Assembly: GCA_010015805.1 (NCBI GenBank)
Contig: ML978121.1
Coordinates: 1,860,001 to 1,924,000 of the forward strand
Reading direction: 5' to 3'
From: Rhizodiscina lignyota
Lineage: Eukaryota
Length of the DNA: 64,000 bases
In this document: positions 1-11,048 of the stretch, piece by piece
Layout: every line of letters starts with the position of its first letter
Position numbering within the stretch: the stretch's first letter is position 1
Program-made: the position numbers and the translations under genes
The notes under the pieces: model-generated
Seen by the model: the letters and a program-made list of their open reading frames with translations, nothing else
Databases searched by the model: none
Told to the model about the DNA's origin: nothing

Positions 1-693
1 ATGGCCACTCCTGGGCGAAAGGTCTCTTCGAGAGCGGCGATGGTAAAGATCAAGAAAGCACTAGTGAGGATTCATTCGCGTCATACGCGTTGAAGATGTG
101 GGGCAAGATCAGTGGAGATCACAACATGGAGGCACGAGGGGCTTTGATGCTTGCAATTCAGGCCCGCTCATTCCGACATTACTTCCTGATGGAAAGTGAC
201 AACAAAAATCAGCCACCACAGTTCATCAACAATAAGGTCACTGGCATATTGTTCGAAAACAAGGTTGATCATGCCACGTATTTTGGCATGAACATCGAGT
301 ACATTCAAGGTATCCATATGATACCACTCAGTCCGCCATCGGCCTTGACTCGCAGTAAAAAATTCGGTGAGTTGGTGCAGCATCTAACAGACACTTGCCT
401 GAGGCGCTTACGTATCCATTAATAGTGAGCGAAGAGTGGGAAATGTACTTCAGTAAAGGTAGAGCGGATCATGTAGGCGGTGGATGGAGAGGCTTATTGT
501 ACGCCAATCTCGCTTTGGTCGATCCCAAGGCTGCCTTTCGATTTTTCAATCAGCCGAACTTCGACCCTGGCCTGCTTGATGGCGGTGCATCAAGGTGTGT
601 CAAATGAGCTGTCATTCCATTTTGCTCGAGCAAAACTGATGTGTTAATAGGACTTGGTACCTGGCATATACGGCTGCCCTTGGCGGTGCTTGA
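1..693 (+). CDS. Endo-1,3-beta-glucanase, GH81 family (ENG1/ACF2-like), 3' part only; introns 367-425 and 595-650
   Basis: Motifs ESGDGKDQESTSED, GILFENKVDHATYFG, EYIQGIHMIP and LDGGASRTWYLA. GT-AG introns join the frames; stop TGA at 691-693. Confidence 0.9.
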
Positions 694-956
694 GATTGGC
701 TATTGTGTGCGGATATTGAAGCCTAGAAGTAGAGATAAATTGATACTATCGCTCGCGGTTGAGCTCTATAAAGGTGGTCTGGGGGAGCATTAGAGTTTTG
801 AAGCTTCACACGTAATTGAGGCTTGTCACAATGCAATAGAGCCGTAGCAAGCTGAGATTTGAAGTGTCACATACTTACATACTCTGTCTGTATCAACACT
901 TGAACAGGGTTCAACCTCCCTCCGCAACCGGAGCTCTGTTGCAATCCAATCCCAGC

Positions 957-2163
957 TATATATATATTCGCACCTCTTCCTCTCTCTTACAACCCACAAC
1001 AACCTCTGCACCACTCAACTTATTCTGCACCACTCAACTTACCTCTGCATCACTCAACTTACTTCTGCTGCGCTCAACTTACTCTGCATCACTCAACTTA
1101 ATTCTGAATACGTTCAACTCAGCAATTCAGAACATTCAGACTTGCGGTAAGTTCTTACTGAAGAGACCACCAATCAACGCGTCGGCAGCCACGTGAACGC
1201 GCGCGGGAGCTAACGCGCCCCGTCCCGTGACGCCGCCTTGTCTCACCGTCCACATTCTTTATCACATTTCTCTCGATCTTGCTGCGTCACTATCTGCAGG
1301 ATCCCTTGCAAATACCACTTACGAGGCAGAAGGCTTACTCTTGCTGCTCTGCCAGCGGGTCCGGGGGACGCGCCTTACTCTTCCGCGCCAATTGGCTCTC
1401 GGAGACCTCCTCGGCTTCTCCTTCTGTGAGTTGGCCTTCTGCAGTGGCACCTTGCGCATCCTTCGAATCAAGGAATCAATCATTTGCTTCTCGCATCTCT
1501 CGCTGAACTTGTCTTCTTATTCATCTTCAACATCCATCCATACCATCGCTCACAAGGCAAAATTATCCAAGCATTCTCATAAAAGTCTCACACTCGCTCT
1601 GTCAGGCTATTCAGAACCATCTTCACAAGCTTGCACATTGACCGAAGACCTGACTCCAAGTCACCTTTTCGAACCCCGACTATTACAACTGGTCCCAAAT
1701 AGCGACATTGGAGAGAACATCCGCGTCTCTGAAGCCAGACCTATAAATTGACCGGTATGTCCTAACGCTGCTTTGATTGTTCTTTGATATGCCCACATTT
1801 CGTCATAGGCAGCATCCTAGTGGCTCTTTGAACCGCACTAGCTTCTCTCTTTCACTTTTGTCTCTCGTTATTTGATGTCACATACCACTCACGGTAACTC
1901 GCATACCAAGCAATTGTCTGCGTTGTTTGACAACACTCTCGCGGGTTTGACCTGCTGTCTCTCAGCTGATCCATTGCAATATAAATACTTACTACCTATG
2001 GTGCAGGTCCGCTGCTTGCCAACTGAGTCAGATTGAGCTTGAAAAGCTACAGAACAGCCCAGCATACCGAAGCTGTGATTCCGAATCCCATCTTCCATTG
2101 GACGGCATCAAAGACAAATTTGCTGCTACTCCTCTTCCCTCCACACTGAGACATATTTTGACG
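957..2163 (+). promoter_or_regulatory. Putative TATA-like element and long spliced 5' leader of the Argonaute gene (candidate introns from 1147 and 1755-2006)
   Basis: TATATATAT at ~958. No ATG from 834 to 1756. Donors GTAAGT at 1147 and GTATGT at 1755. The four ATGs at 1757-2000 all lie inside the candidate intron 1755-2006, and there is no ATG from 2007 to 2163. Confidence 0.5.
1004..1121 (+). repeat. Tandem repeat, 5 clear plus 1 degenerate copy of a 19-20 bp unit (consensus YTCTGCAYCACTCAACTTA)
   Basis: Units start at ~1004, 1023, 1043, 1063, 1082 and (degenerate) 1102; no unique spacers between them. Confidence 0.9.
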
Positions 2164-5100
2164 ATGAGCGATCCTCAGCGGGGTAGAGGTGGCCAACGTG
2201 GCCGTGGTGGTCGCGGCCGCGGTGGAGCTGATGAAGGAAGAGGTCGCGGTGGTGGTGGCCGTGGTGGAGCTTACGAGGGAAGAGGCCGCGGTGACGCTGG
2301 TCGAGGTGCAGGTGATGAAGGAAGAGGTCGCGGCGGTGGCCGACCTAGTGGACCCAGTGGGGACTCACAATTTGGGAGAGGTGCTTTTGCAGGAGGCCGC
2401 GGTGCCCCCAGAGGACGCGGCCCTGGCATTTTCTTGTGCGCTAGACGCTCCTTAATGAAAACTTTGAGCTAACTCTCTTCGACAGAGCCAACCGACCAGT
2501 TCCGGCGCCCGATATTGCAATCACGAACTTTGAGAATAAGGTTGTGCAGGATCCGTCTGCCAGCTTGAAAGCCTTGCAGTTGTCGGACACTATCGCTCTA
2601 CCTCGCAGGCCAGGGTATGGAAATCAAGGCGTACAAATTACGCTACGCACAAACTACCTCAACTTCGCTGTCAAAAACTTGAAGAAAGTCTTCTACCGAT
2701 ACGAAGTTGCCGTCAAGCCGAAGCCGCTAAGTTCGGGCAAAGGAAGCGATGATCCCAACAAGATGGCAAAAGCCAAAAAGGGGCAGTTGTTCAAGATACT
2801 CCTCACAGACAGCTTCTTTGCTCAGCATATCAACGGAGGCGCGAATATCGTTTCGGATTTCAAGGCCTTCATTATCACAGATAAGGAGTTGCCGGAGGTT
2901 GACCGACAAAACGGAAAAATCTTTGATGTGGTTTATTACGACCAGATCGAGGGCCCCTTTCCTGCACAGTCTCCTAACGAAGCTCCTGACCTGACAGAAG
3001 CCCGCAGCATCAGGACCAGGCAACTGCGCGTCAAACCTGCGGGTAGTCTATACAACCTCCGAGTGGCTGACTTGGTAGCCGAGATTTCGTCTGCAAACCC
3101 TGACAGTTTCTATGCCGGGAGAGAAGAAGCCCTACAAGCCCTAAACATCATTTTCAATTTTGCTGCCCAATCCCAGGACTCCGTAGCCACCGTTGGACCG
3201 AACAAATTCTATCCATTTGGCTCTCATACGCTTGTGGAAAGCGTGGACTTGAGAGGCGGGCTGCAGGGTCTGAGAGGCTACTTTTCTTCTGTCAGACCAG
3301 CTCCATGCCGCCTTCTCGTCAACATAAATGTTGCCAGTGGTGCGTTCTTTAAACCGGGAGACTTATCGTCCTTGATCATGGACTACATGACACCTCGACA
3401 TCGTCAACTGCGGAACATTCCTCCCCCACTCCAAGATTTACTGTACTTTTTCCTGAAGGGACTGAAGATCAGAGTGGATTATCGTGGAAACCCCAAGGTC
3501 CGAACAATATTTGGGCTGCCGGAAAAAGAGAAGGCCGGCAAGAAAGAAAATATTCCAGTGAAGGGTTCCAAGGACGCGAAGGGGGAGCCGAAGAAACAGT
3601 ACGAAAAGGACTACAGTGCGAATGCAAGAAACACGATGGTCCAGTGGAAGAATGCAAATAACCAGATGTTGACGACAACGATCGCAGAATTCTACCGCCA
3701 AAGTGAGTAAAGTAACACACTTGCAGTGGAATGACCTCGTACAGAGTGACAAAAATCACTAATGTCTCTTAGAATACAATGTGACTGTCCGTAATCCGGA
3801 CGATATCATGGTGAACTGCGGTAATCGGGAGAAGCCATCTTTCATTCCGATCGAGCTGTGTACAGTTCTTCCTGGACAGTCGGCCAGGAGACTGTTGTCT
3901 GGAGATCAAACTAGCAACATGATAAGATTTGCTGCTCGACCTCCGAAAGACAACGCAGAGTCCATCACATCAAATGGTCTACGATTGATGTGTGTCCAGG
4001 ACCAAACAGCTCAACAGGGTTCTCACGTAAGTTGCTTGACTGAGCTCTACCTTTTGACTCTGGCACTGACAGATTTTTTCTAGGGTCAATGGGGCCTTCA
4101 GATAGACCCTGAAATGATCACCGTCCCAGGCCGAATACTTCGCGCGCCAGCGTTAGAATTTAAGAAAGATACAAACCGAAAAGATGATGTCAACCCGAGG
4201 GATGGCTTTTGGAATCTAGCCGGCCAACGATTCGTTAGAGGTTCTCGAATCGACCACTGGACCTGTGTATACTTCTCCGCCGGTAACCGACCGTCCGCAC
4301 CGCTCCAAGAGATCCAGCGATGGATGGAGAATGCTCGAAAAGAGGTTGGAAAATACGGTGTGCAACTTGCACCATGTGCCCATGTCTTTCAAGGCTATCT
4401 CCAGAGTTTGGCCAATCGACAAGACACAAACCAGAAGGTGTCGGAATTCATAAGAAAAGCACACATGGATCCCAATCAGAACAAAATGCAGCTTATCTGG
4501 GTCGTCATCCCAGACAAGGACATTTACCTAAAAGCGAGAATAAAGTATTATGGTGACACGGTAGCTGGCGTCCAGACTGTTTTGACCAGAGAAGCGAATG
4601 TCTCGAGCCCAAGGAGCGCGGATGCCTTGGCGAATGTCGCTGCTAAGCTCAACTTGCGATTTGGTGGTCTCTGTTGGAGAATTTCGACTCAGACACTCAA
4701 ACCTCTCGACCACACATACATGGTAAGAGCCTCCTTATGTTTCAATTTGAGTGTTGCTGACATATGTAGTTGATGGGTATCGATGTGACCCATCCGTCTC
4801 CAGGAAGCGCAGAAGACGCCCCGAGTATTGCCGCAGTTGTCGCCAGCGTTGACAGCGACTTTGCACAGTACGCTGGAAGCGTCACGCGACAAGGCTCCCG
4901 AGTAGAGATGGTGGAACACCTTGCGTCACTTGTTGTTGATCGGTTACGTCTCTTCCAGAAGCGTAACAAAGGCAACTTGCCACAAAATATTCTTGTATAT
5001 CGCGATGGTGTCTCAGAGGGACAGTACACTCAGGTCCTTGAGAGGGAGTATGGTGCAATGGAAACTGCTTTCAACCAAATGTACAAGGAGAAAGCCAAAT

Positions 5101-5625
5101 ACCCGAACGTTTCCATCGTGGTAAGTAGGCTCCATCTTTCTAAAGACTGTTGCTAATTGTTGGCAGGTTGTCACTAAACGCCATCATACACGATTCTTCC
5201 CAACAAAGGACACAGCGGACCAAACCTCTGGAAAGGGCCAGAATTGCAAGCCTGGTACTGTTGTTGACCGTCACATCACTGGAGGTGGACGACAACTCTA
5301 CGATTTCTATTTGCAGGCACATCAAGGCATCCAGGGCACTGTCAAACCCGCCCACTACATTGTGATCAAGCACGACATCAAGGCAATCGCGGTCAATGAT
5401 CTGGAGCGCGTGACACACGCTCTGTGCTACATGTGGCAGCGCGCGCCTCGTAGTGTCAGTTACGCTCCTCCTGCGTACTATGCCGACCTGCTTGCAGAGC
5501 GAGGCCGCATGTACCTGATCGACACTATGCACGCTGAAGGCGACAGGAGTCGCCAGCAGGTCAACGATCAAACCTGGTCGAGTTACATCCAAGAGGATAT
5601 CAGGGATACAATGTTCTGGGTCTGA
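2164..5625 (+). CDS. Argonaute, QDE-2/AGO-like (RGG N-terminus, N, PAZ, MID, PIWI); exons 2164-2435, 2486-3702, 3773-4026, 4084-4722, 4770-5120, 5167-5625
   Basis: Motifs PRRPGYG, LRGYFSSVRP, FIPIELC, MGIDVTHPSPGS, YRDGVSEGQ, KRHHTRFFP, QGTVKPAHY and PPAYYADLLAERGR. The DEDD catalytic tetrad appears intact. Five GT-AG introns keep the frame. Confidence 0.95.
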
Positions 5626-5851
5626 ACAGATTCTTGGACGAAATTGCCACCGATGACGGTAACACTTAGATCAGCTGCCTCATCTCTATAGCCGCTGCAT
5701 TCTACGACCTTCACGACTTTGATTCATCACGATAGTTTTGCGGATTTCGGCGTCGAAAATGGTTGCAGGCAGATGCACAATTTTCGGTACTCTTTTCGGT
5801 TTCTCGACACACTTTTCCTTTGGTCTTTGGTCTTGCTCTCTCCCAGTTCTC

Positions 5852-5993
5852 AATCACGATTCACGACCTCACGGCTTCAACAGTGGCACAACCCAAAAGT
5901 TCGGTCAAGGGAAATCCCTTGGGGTTCCAAATCACTTTCACGGTCACCACACTCTCCACAGCGGCACAACTGAATGGTTCGGTCAAGGTAAAT
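5852..5993. repeat. Diverged direct duplication with a period of 78 bp
   Basis: CAGTGGCACAACCCAAAAGTTCGGTCAAGGGAAAT (5881-5915) versus CAGCGGCACAACTGAATGGTTCGGTCAAGGTAAAT (5959-5993); weaker similarity extends upstream of each copy. Confidence 0.65.
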
Positions 5994-7273
5994 GGCGGAG
6001 GCTTACTCTCGGTTGGCTTCGTGTTGAAAAGCTTAGATACGACATTGGTTCATAGGAATCACTCATTTCAATACAATCCCACTTTCGGACTCATTCTGAT
6101 CTCTTCAGCCGTGATATTGAATGTTCAACAATTTGCGCACCATTCAGCCTCCATGAGCCATGTAGTTATCGTAACGGGCGTCCGCGAACGTTGATGAATG
6201 CCTTCTGACACTCGATTTGTCTCGCAGCATCGCATCGAGCAGAGCAGGAGACGCAGAATGGTAGTAGCCAAATTGCAAAACACAATTGGTCCCTGGCCGG
6301 CTCTCTGCATCATAACCTCTGTCTACGTATTGCGTGACCGTCTCTCCAGCTTTGAGGAATCACTTCTAGGGCCGATTGTCCTCTGCCTGCGCGTTTGAGC
6401 AGGGGCAAGATATTGCCAAAGTTTGATAGTGGAGTGGTACAGGAACCCACATGGGCTCGGCATTTTAGATACTCCCCGACATTCTCCGCGCGTGCCAAGC
6501 CCTCAAACATCTGACGTATGAGTGAGCTAAATCCACTACGCTGAGCACGACGGACGGGTGTGAGCACGAGACTTTCAAGATGAAGTGAAAGCCTTTCATA
6601 GAACGTACGATACGCCGGAGTGTGTGCCGTGAGGAGGTACCAGGTCCGGGGCTCATGCAGGGCAATTGCATTGGTAGTATGGGTTTCTTTTCCTCGCTGG
6701 CCTTGGCGCAACCCGACATGCTCTCAGTGCCTCTCCATGTCCCCGCCGCTGAGCGTCACCACCACTAGCTGTCTTGGCTCTCGCGATACTACGCTCGCTC
6801 TGCTCCCCTCATCCATCACTACCGGCGCATCTCCATTCCCTATGTTGCCAAATACAGGACACACTCTGGCAGTCTCGCTCGAAGAGGGCTGACGAAGCCG
6901 GCAACGGAGCCGCCTGCTATCCTCTGTGGACTGACGACTTCCTGCCACATCAACTCACCGAATTGACCATTTACGACCGTTTTCATATTTTTGCTAGGAT
7001 AATCCGTTCGTCTGCAGAGACCTGACGCTGTTTGACACGTTCACCGCAAGCTGCGCGACCGCCCTGTTTCCTCGATACGCCCACGTGCTCAGAACTCCAC
7101 CGTACAGCGATTTGCCCTCCGGCACAGCACGCAAACATTGTTCGCTTCTCACACGACGTGCGATTCGAAATCACACCACGATTTAACCTCTCTATCCCGA
7201 ACTACACGCATTTCAATTAGTCGTCGCAGATCACCGCGCAACGTTCAATTCTCGACCACCAAATACAAACATA

Positions 7274-9452
7274 ATGTCTCTGGAGTCCGCCCTCGATGAA
7301 GAGCGCAGGGAGGTTATTGCTCTCCTTGAGGGGAGGCCAGCAGTTCCTCGCGCTGGTAGCCGTGATCCAGGAACGAGATTGAGGGCTGCCAGTCCGGCTG
7401 GAGCCGGTCAGTCTCCAGTACGAAGCATGCTGGACATTGGAAATACAGTTTCACCTACAGCTCGTCATGCTTCTATAGCAGCTACTGGTTCGGGCATAAC
7501 ATCGCCAACCAGTCCACGATTCCCATCCAGCTCTGTTCGTAGCATGCTCAATACCAGTTCTCCACCCCCCACCCCTCGGACCGCACCACCCAATCCAAAT
7601 CGAAATATTTCCTCTCCTCCCGCAGGCCTCGCAAGTCCGAGGCTCAACCCCGAGGAAGCGTACCAATTTGAGATGCTCCCAAGTATCGAGCATCATGCAC
7701 TGCCAAAGAGAGTCTCACAAGGTGGAAAGAAGAAGGGCGCATTAGCAAGTGTATTTGGATCATCGTCATCGTCATCCAATACTGGTAGAGCCCGACACAA
7801 CTCGACTAGTGGCACTCTGGGATCGCGAAGGCCCATGTCCCCATCAAGCAGATTAGGAGCCAACAATCGCTCAGAATCTCCTGCGCAACGTATGCTCAAT
7901 AACAACTCCATGAACCTTATGCCCGATCCTAATAAGTACGTCTCGGATACTGGAAAAGTCATCGATATGTCAAGCGCATACCGGAGGCTCTCAGACGCAG
8001 CGCTGCTTCGTTCTGGCGGAAAGCTGGCAGACTTGCCAACGCGGAAAGGCTCCAATCCTGTGAAGGGAGAATCCTTGGCGCCGGATGGTAGTGTCCGCCT
8101 CGAAAAAGACTACTATGCCGATGATGATGACGATGAAGAAGCTCTTGAGTCGAGTGATGAGGAAGGCGGCTCCGGCGGCTCCGACGAAGAGGTTTGGGGA
8201 TCAGAGAAGCGGAGAGGACGAAGACGTACACGTAAGAAAACAGCAGCAAAGGAAGACAGCGAATCTCCGGCACCAGGGGACCATGATGGAACGTCCAAGA
8301 AGCCAAAGAGTCTACTTGCCGCAGCTGAAGAAGAGCGCAAGACGACTGCATACAAATACCGCTCGTTGCTTGAGCCTCAGGTCACAGTCACAAGCCCGGA
8401 TGGTGAAAAGATCTCGGCTAAGAAAGCAGGAATCCACCCGAATACGAATTTTGACATGGGCGGATCTGGCGCTTCGACACCTGTTGATTCGGACACAGAA
8501 GCTGACATATCGGACATCCATCGCGCACAGCGCATGGAGATGAACGTGTCGCCGATCCTCTCCACCCCGGAATCACATCGATGCTTGCGACAGATCATTC
8601 GGGGGGAGTACGATAAGCTGCAGAAAGAGGCAGAGAAAGGACTGCGGAGGCAGCGCATGTATCTCGTTGCGACTGACCTGAGCGATGAGGCAGCATATGC
8701 CCTTGAGTGGACGATCGGCACGGTGTTGCGAGACGGAGATACTCTGCTCGCTGTGTATGCTGTGGACGAAGAACTCGGCACTAGCGGCGAGGGCATTGGC
8801 GTTGGTATTGGAGAGGGCGCCTCCATGATGCGGGACACTGCCAATGTCGTCCGTTCACTTGCCACCGAGCAGAAAAAGACGGCGCAAGGCCTGAGTCCCG
8901 CGCCATCTCCTCTGGCTGGCGTGCAGAATGTGACGAATGGCAACGGCGATGGTCAGCCCGACTTTGCTAATATGGAAAAGTCTGAGCGGGAGAGATGGCA
9001 CGCATGCATGGAAGTAAGTGATCGGTGCATGAAATTGCTCAGAAAGACCAGGCTCCAGTGTAGAGTGGTTATAGAGGTCTTCCATTGCAAGAGTCCGAAG
9101 CATATGATTACGGAGGTGGTGGGTGCTAAATCCCTTCCTGATGGCACGAGCGGATGCTGATTCGATTTAGATCGATTACTTGGAGCCAACATTAGTCGTT
9201 CTAGGGTCACGAGGCAGAAGTGCTTTGAAAGGGTAAGATACACATACAATCCTTTATTAGTGACATGGCTAATGATCTTGCAGCGTTCTTCTTGGTTCTT
9301 TTAGTAATTATCTTGTCACGAAATCGTCGGTTCCGGTCATGGTTGCGCGCAAACGCCTTCGGAAGCACAGCAAGTACAAGCGCAACAACCTGCGCTTGTC
9401 GAACATGCTCACGAATCCGAGAGGGAAGCTTGAACTTGCCAAGATTGATTAA
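7274..9452 (+). CDS. Universal stress protein (USP) domain protein with a long disordered N-terminus; introns 9119-9170 and 9233-9283
   Basis: YLVATDLSDEAAYALEWTIGTVLRDGD and, after splicing, IDYLEPTLVVLGSRGRSALKGVLLGSFSNYLVTKSSVPVMVAR (USP signature). Confidence 0.9.
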
Positions 9453-9933
9453 GGCACCAGTAGCATGCATTTGTTTTCCAAGCAATTCCTTCAGCGTATG
9501 TCGAGATGGGGGATGACGTGGATGAGAGACGGATAGAAGTGGAGGGACAGTATGATCAATCAATCACGGATAATGCTCTACTCTTTGAAACCATTGGAGA
9601 CGTCGATTTATTATTTCACTCATAGCGCCAGTAGCTGAAACGAAATTCCATAATCATGCCTCACTACTATACGCTGTATCATCGGTCTCCGTAGACACCA
9701 TCGCCAACCAACTCCCTTGAGTGTGACAAAATAGCTGACCCTGATAGTTGTCGTAAGAGTATTTCCCGCCCGAATTTTCATCGTCATTTTAGACGGCCGC
9801 GTCGCCGAACGCCTCGCATGATATATCTTGGCCAGTTCTTACTTGTATTACACAGCTTCAATAAACTCGAATTGTCTCTACTGAAGGTATTGTGCACTGA
9901 AACAGCTTGTTCTCTTGTAGCCATATCATCCTA

Positions 9934-10578
9934 CTACCCTGCAGCCTCCTTGACTTTGCTCTGCTCCGGTGGCTCATCAATAAACTGCGGCGGTTTCGTC
10001 TCGTCAATCATGAACGCCGGCATGCCTTCGCTTTCCATCCCTGCGCTCTCAAACTGCATCTCCTCACCCAGCGCCTCCAATTCAGCATCCAACTCTGCCT
10101 CGTCCACCTCCTCTGGCACATCGTAGCTCCTACTTATCGATTCTTGTATGTCATTCCCCATGTCCATCAGATCCGCCATCTCGTCCTGCAGCCTCTCGAT
10201 CTTGTCGATATCCACCTTGCCGTACTGCTTGCGCAGCTCCTTGGTCGTCGTCTTCATCGCGTCGACGGTCGTCATCGTGTTCTTCAGGTTGTCCTGCATC
10301 ATGCCCGCCTGCTCCATGTTCCAGCTCTGCTGCTGCAGCTGGTCGCGCTGCGACTCGTACATCTTGCGCTGCTGAAGGACTTTGAGCGCTTTTTGTTTCA
10401 AGGCGGATTTGCCGGGCCCGTCGCGCATCTTTGCCAGCCGCGATTGGTAGGTCGAGAGTTCCGCATTGAGCTTGGAGAGCTTGACGTCTAGAGATTCGAT
10501 GCGCGTTTCGACGTTGCCGATGGCGGAGGAGAGGGTTGGTTTTGGCGCGGTGGATTTGGCGCCGAAGAGGCGATTCAT
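9934..10578 (-). CDS. VPS60: ESCRT-III Snf7-family protein Vps60/CHMP5
   Basis: MNRLFG start, KQKALKVLQQRKMYE, QQSWNMEQA, KVDIDKIERLQDEMADL and EVDEAELDAELEAL; intronless, 214 aa. Confidence 0.93.
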   Translation of the reverse strand: MNRLFGAKSTAPKPTLSSAIGNVETRIESLDVKLSKLNAELSTYQSRLAKMRDGPGKSALKQKALKVLQQRKMYESQRDQLQQQSWNMEQAGMMQDNLKNTMTTVDAMKTTTKELRKQYGKVDIDKIERLQDEMADLMDMGNDIQESISRSYDVPEEVDEAELDAELEALGEEMQFESAGMESEGMPAFMIDETKPPQFIDEPPEQSKVKEAAG

Positions 10579-11048
10579 GACTGCTTCGCGCTCGTGCTAA
10601 CTACTCTGGAAAGTGTAAAGTGGACTTTGGATCGTGGTGAGGATGATGGTATAGTGGCGGAGGGGTGGGTGCCTTGCAGGCTTCGGTGTAAGAGCGATTG
10701 GCAGCGGCGCAGAACCAGAATTAGCGACGTGAGGTGTTGGCTCGAGTTCAGCAGTGCTGTTAAGCCCCGCAAAGTGTTTCGATATCGAATTTAGAGAGTG
10801 TTTCTTGTTGGAGTGTTTGATGCTGTGTCCTACACTGCCCGCCTTGCCCCTGCCCTGCCCTGCCACCCTTGTCCATTCATCGGGCCGCTCGCCGGCAGAC
10901 GTTCAAGTCTGCTCCGTGGGAAAGCCTCACACGAGCCAACTCCCACACGTCCAAGGTTGCGCGGCTGTCTTCTCGTGATACACCCTCACCACTCCACTGG
11001 CCACCACTGCGTTCCGACAAGTCACCCTCCCGACGCGCCGGTTTGCAC

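Noticed and set aside
1004..1121. CRISPR-like or guide array next to an Argonaute
   Set aside because: The units are directly adjacent with no unique spacers, there are no cas genes, and the context is eukaryotic; it is a minisatellite.
1227..1751. 174-aa ORF upstream of Argonaute
   Set aside because: It has no ATG, no recognisable motif, and no evident in-frame splice into AGO; better explained as leader sequence.
2164..2420. Repetitive GGT/CGC-rich DNA at the Argonaute start
   Set aside because: It simply encodes the RGG-rich N-terminus typical of Argonautes.
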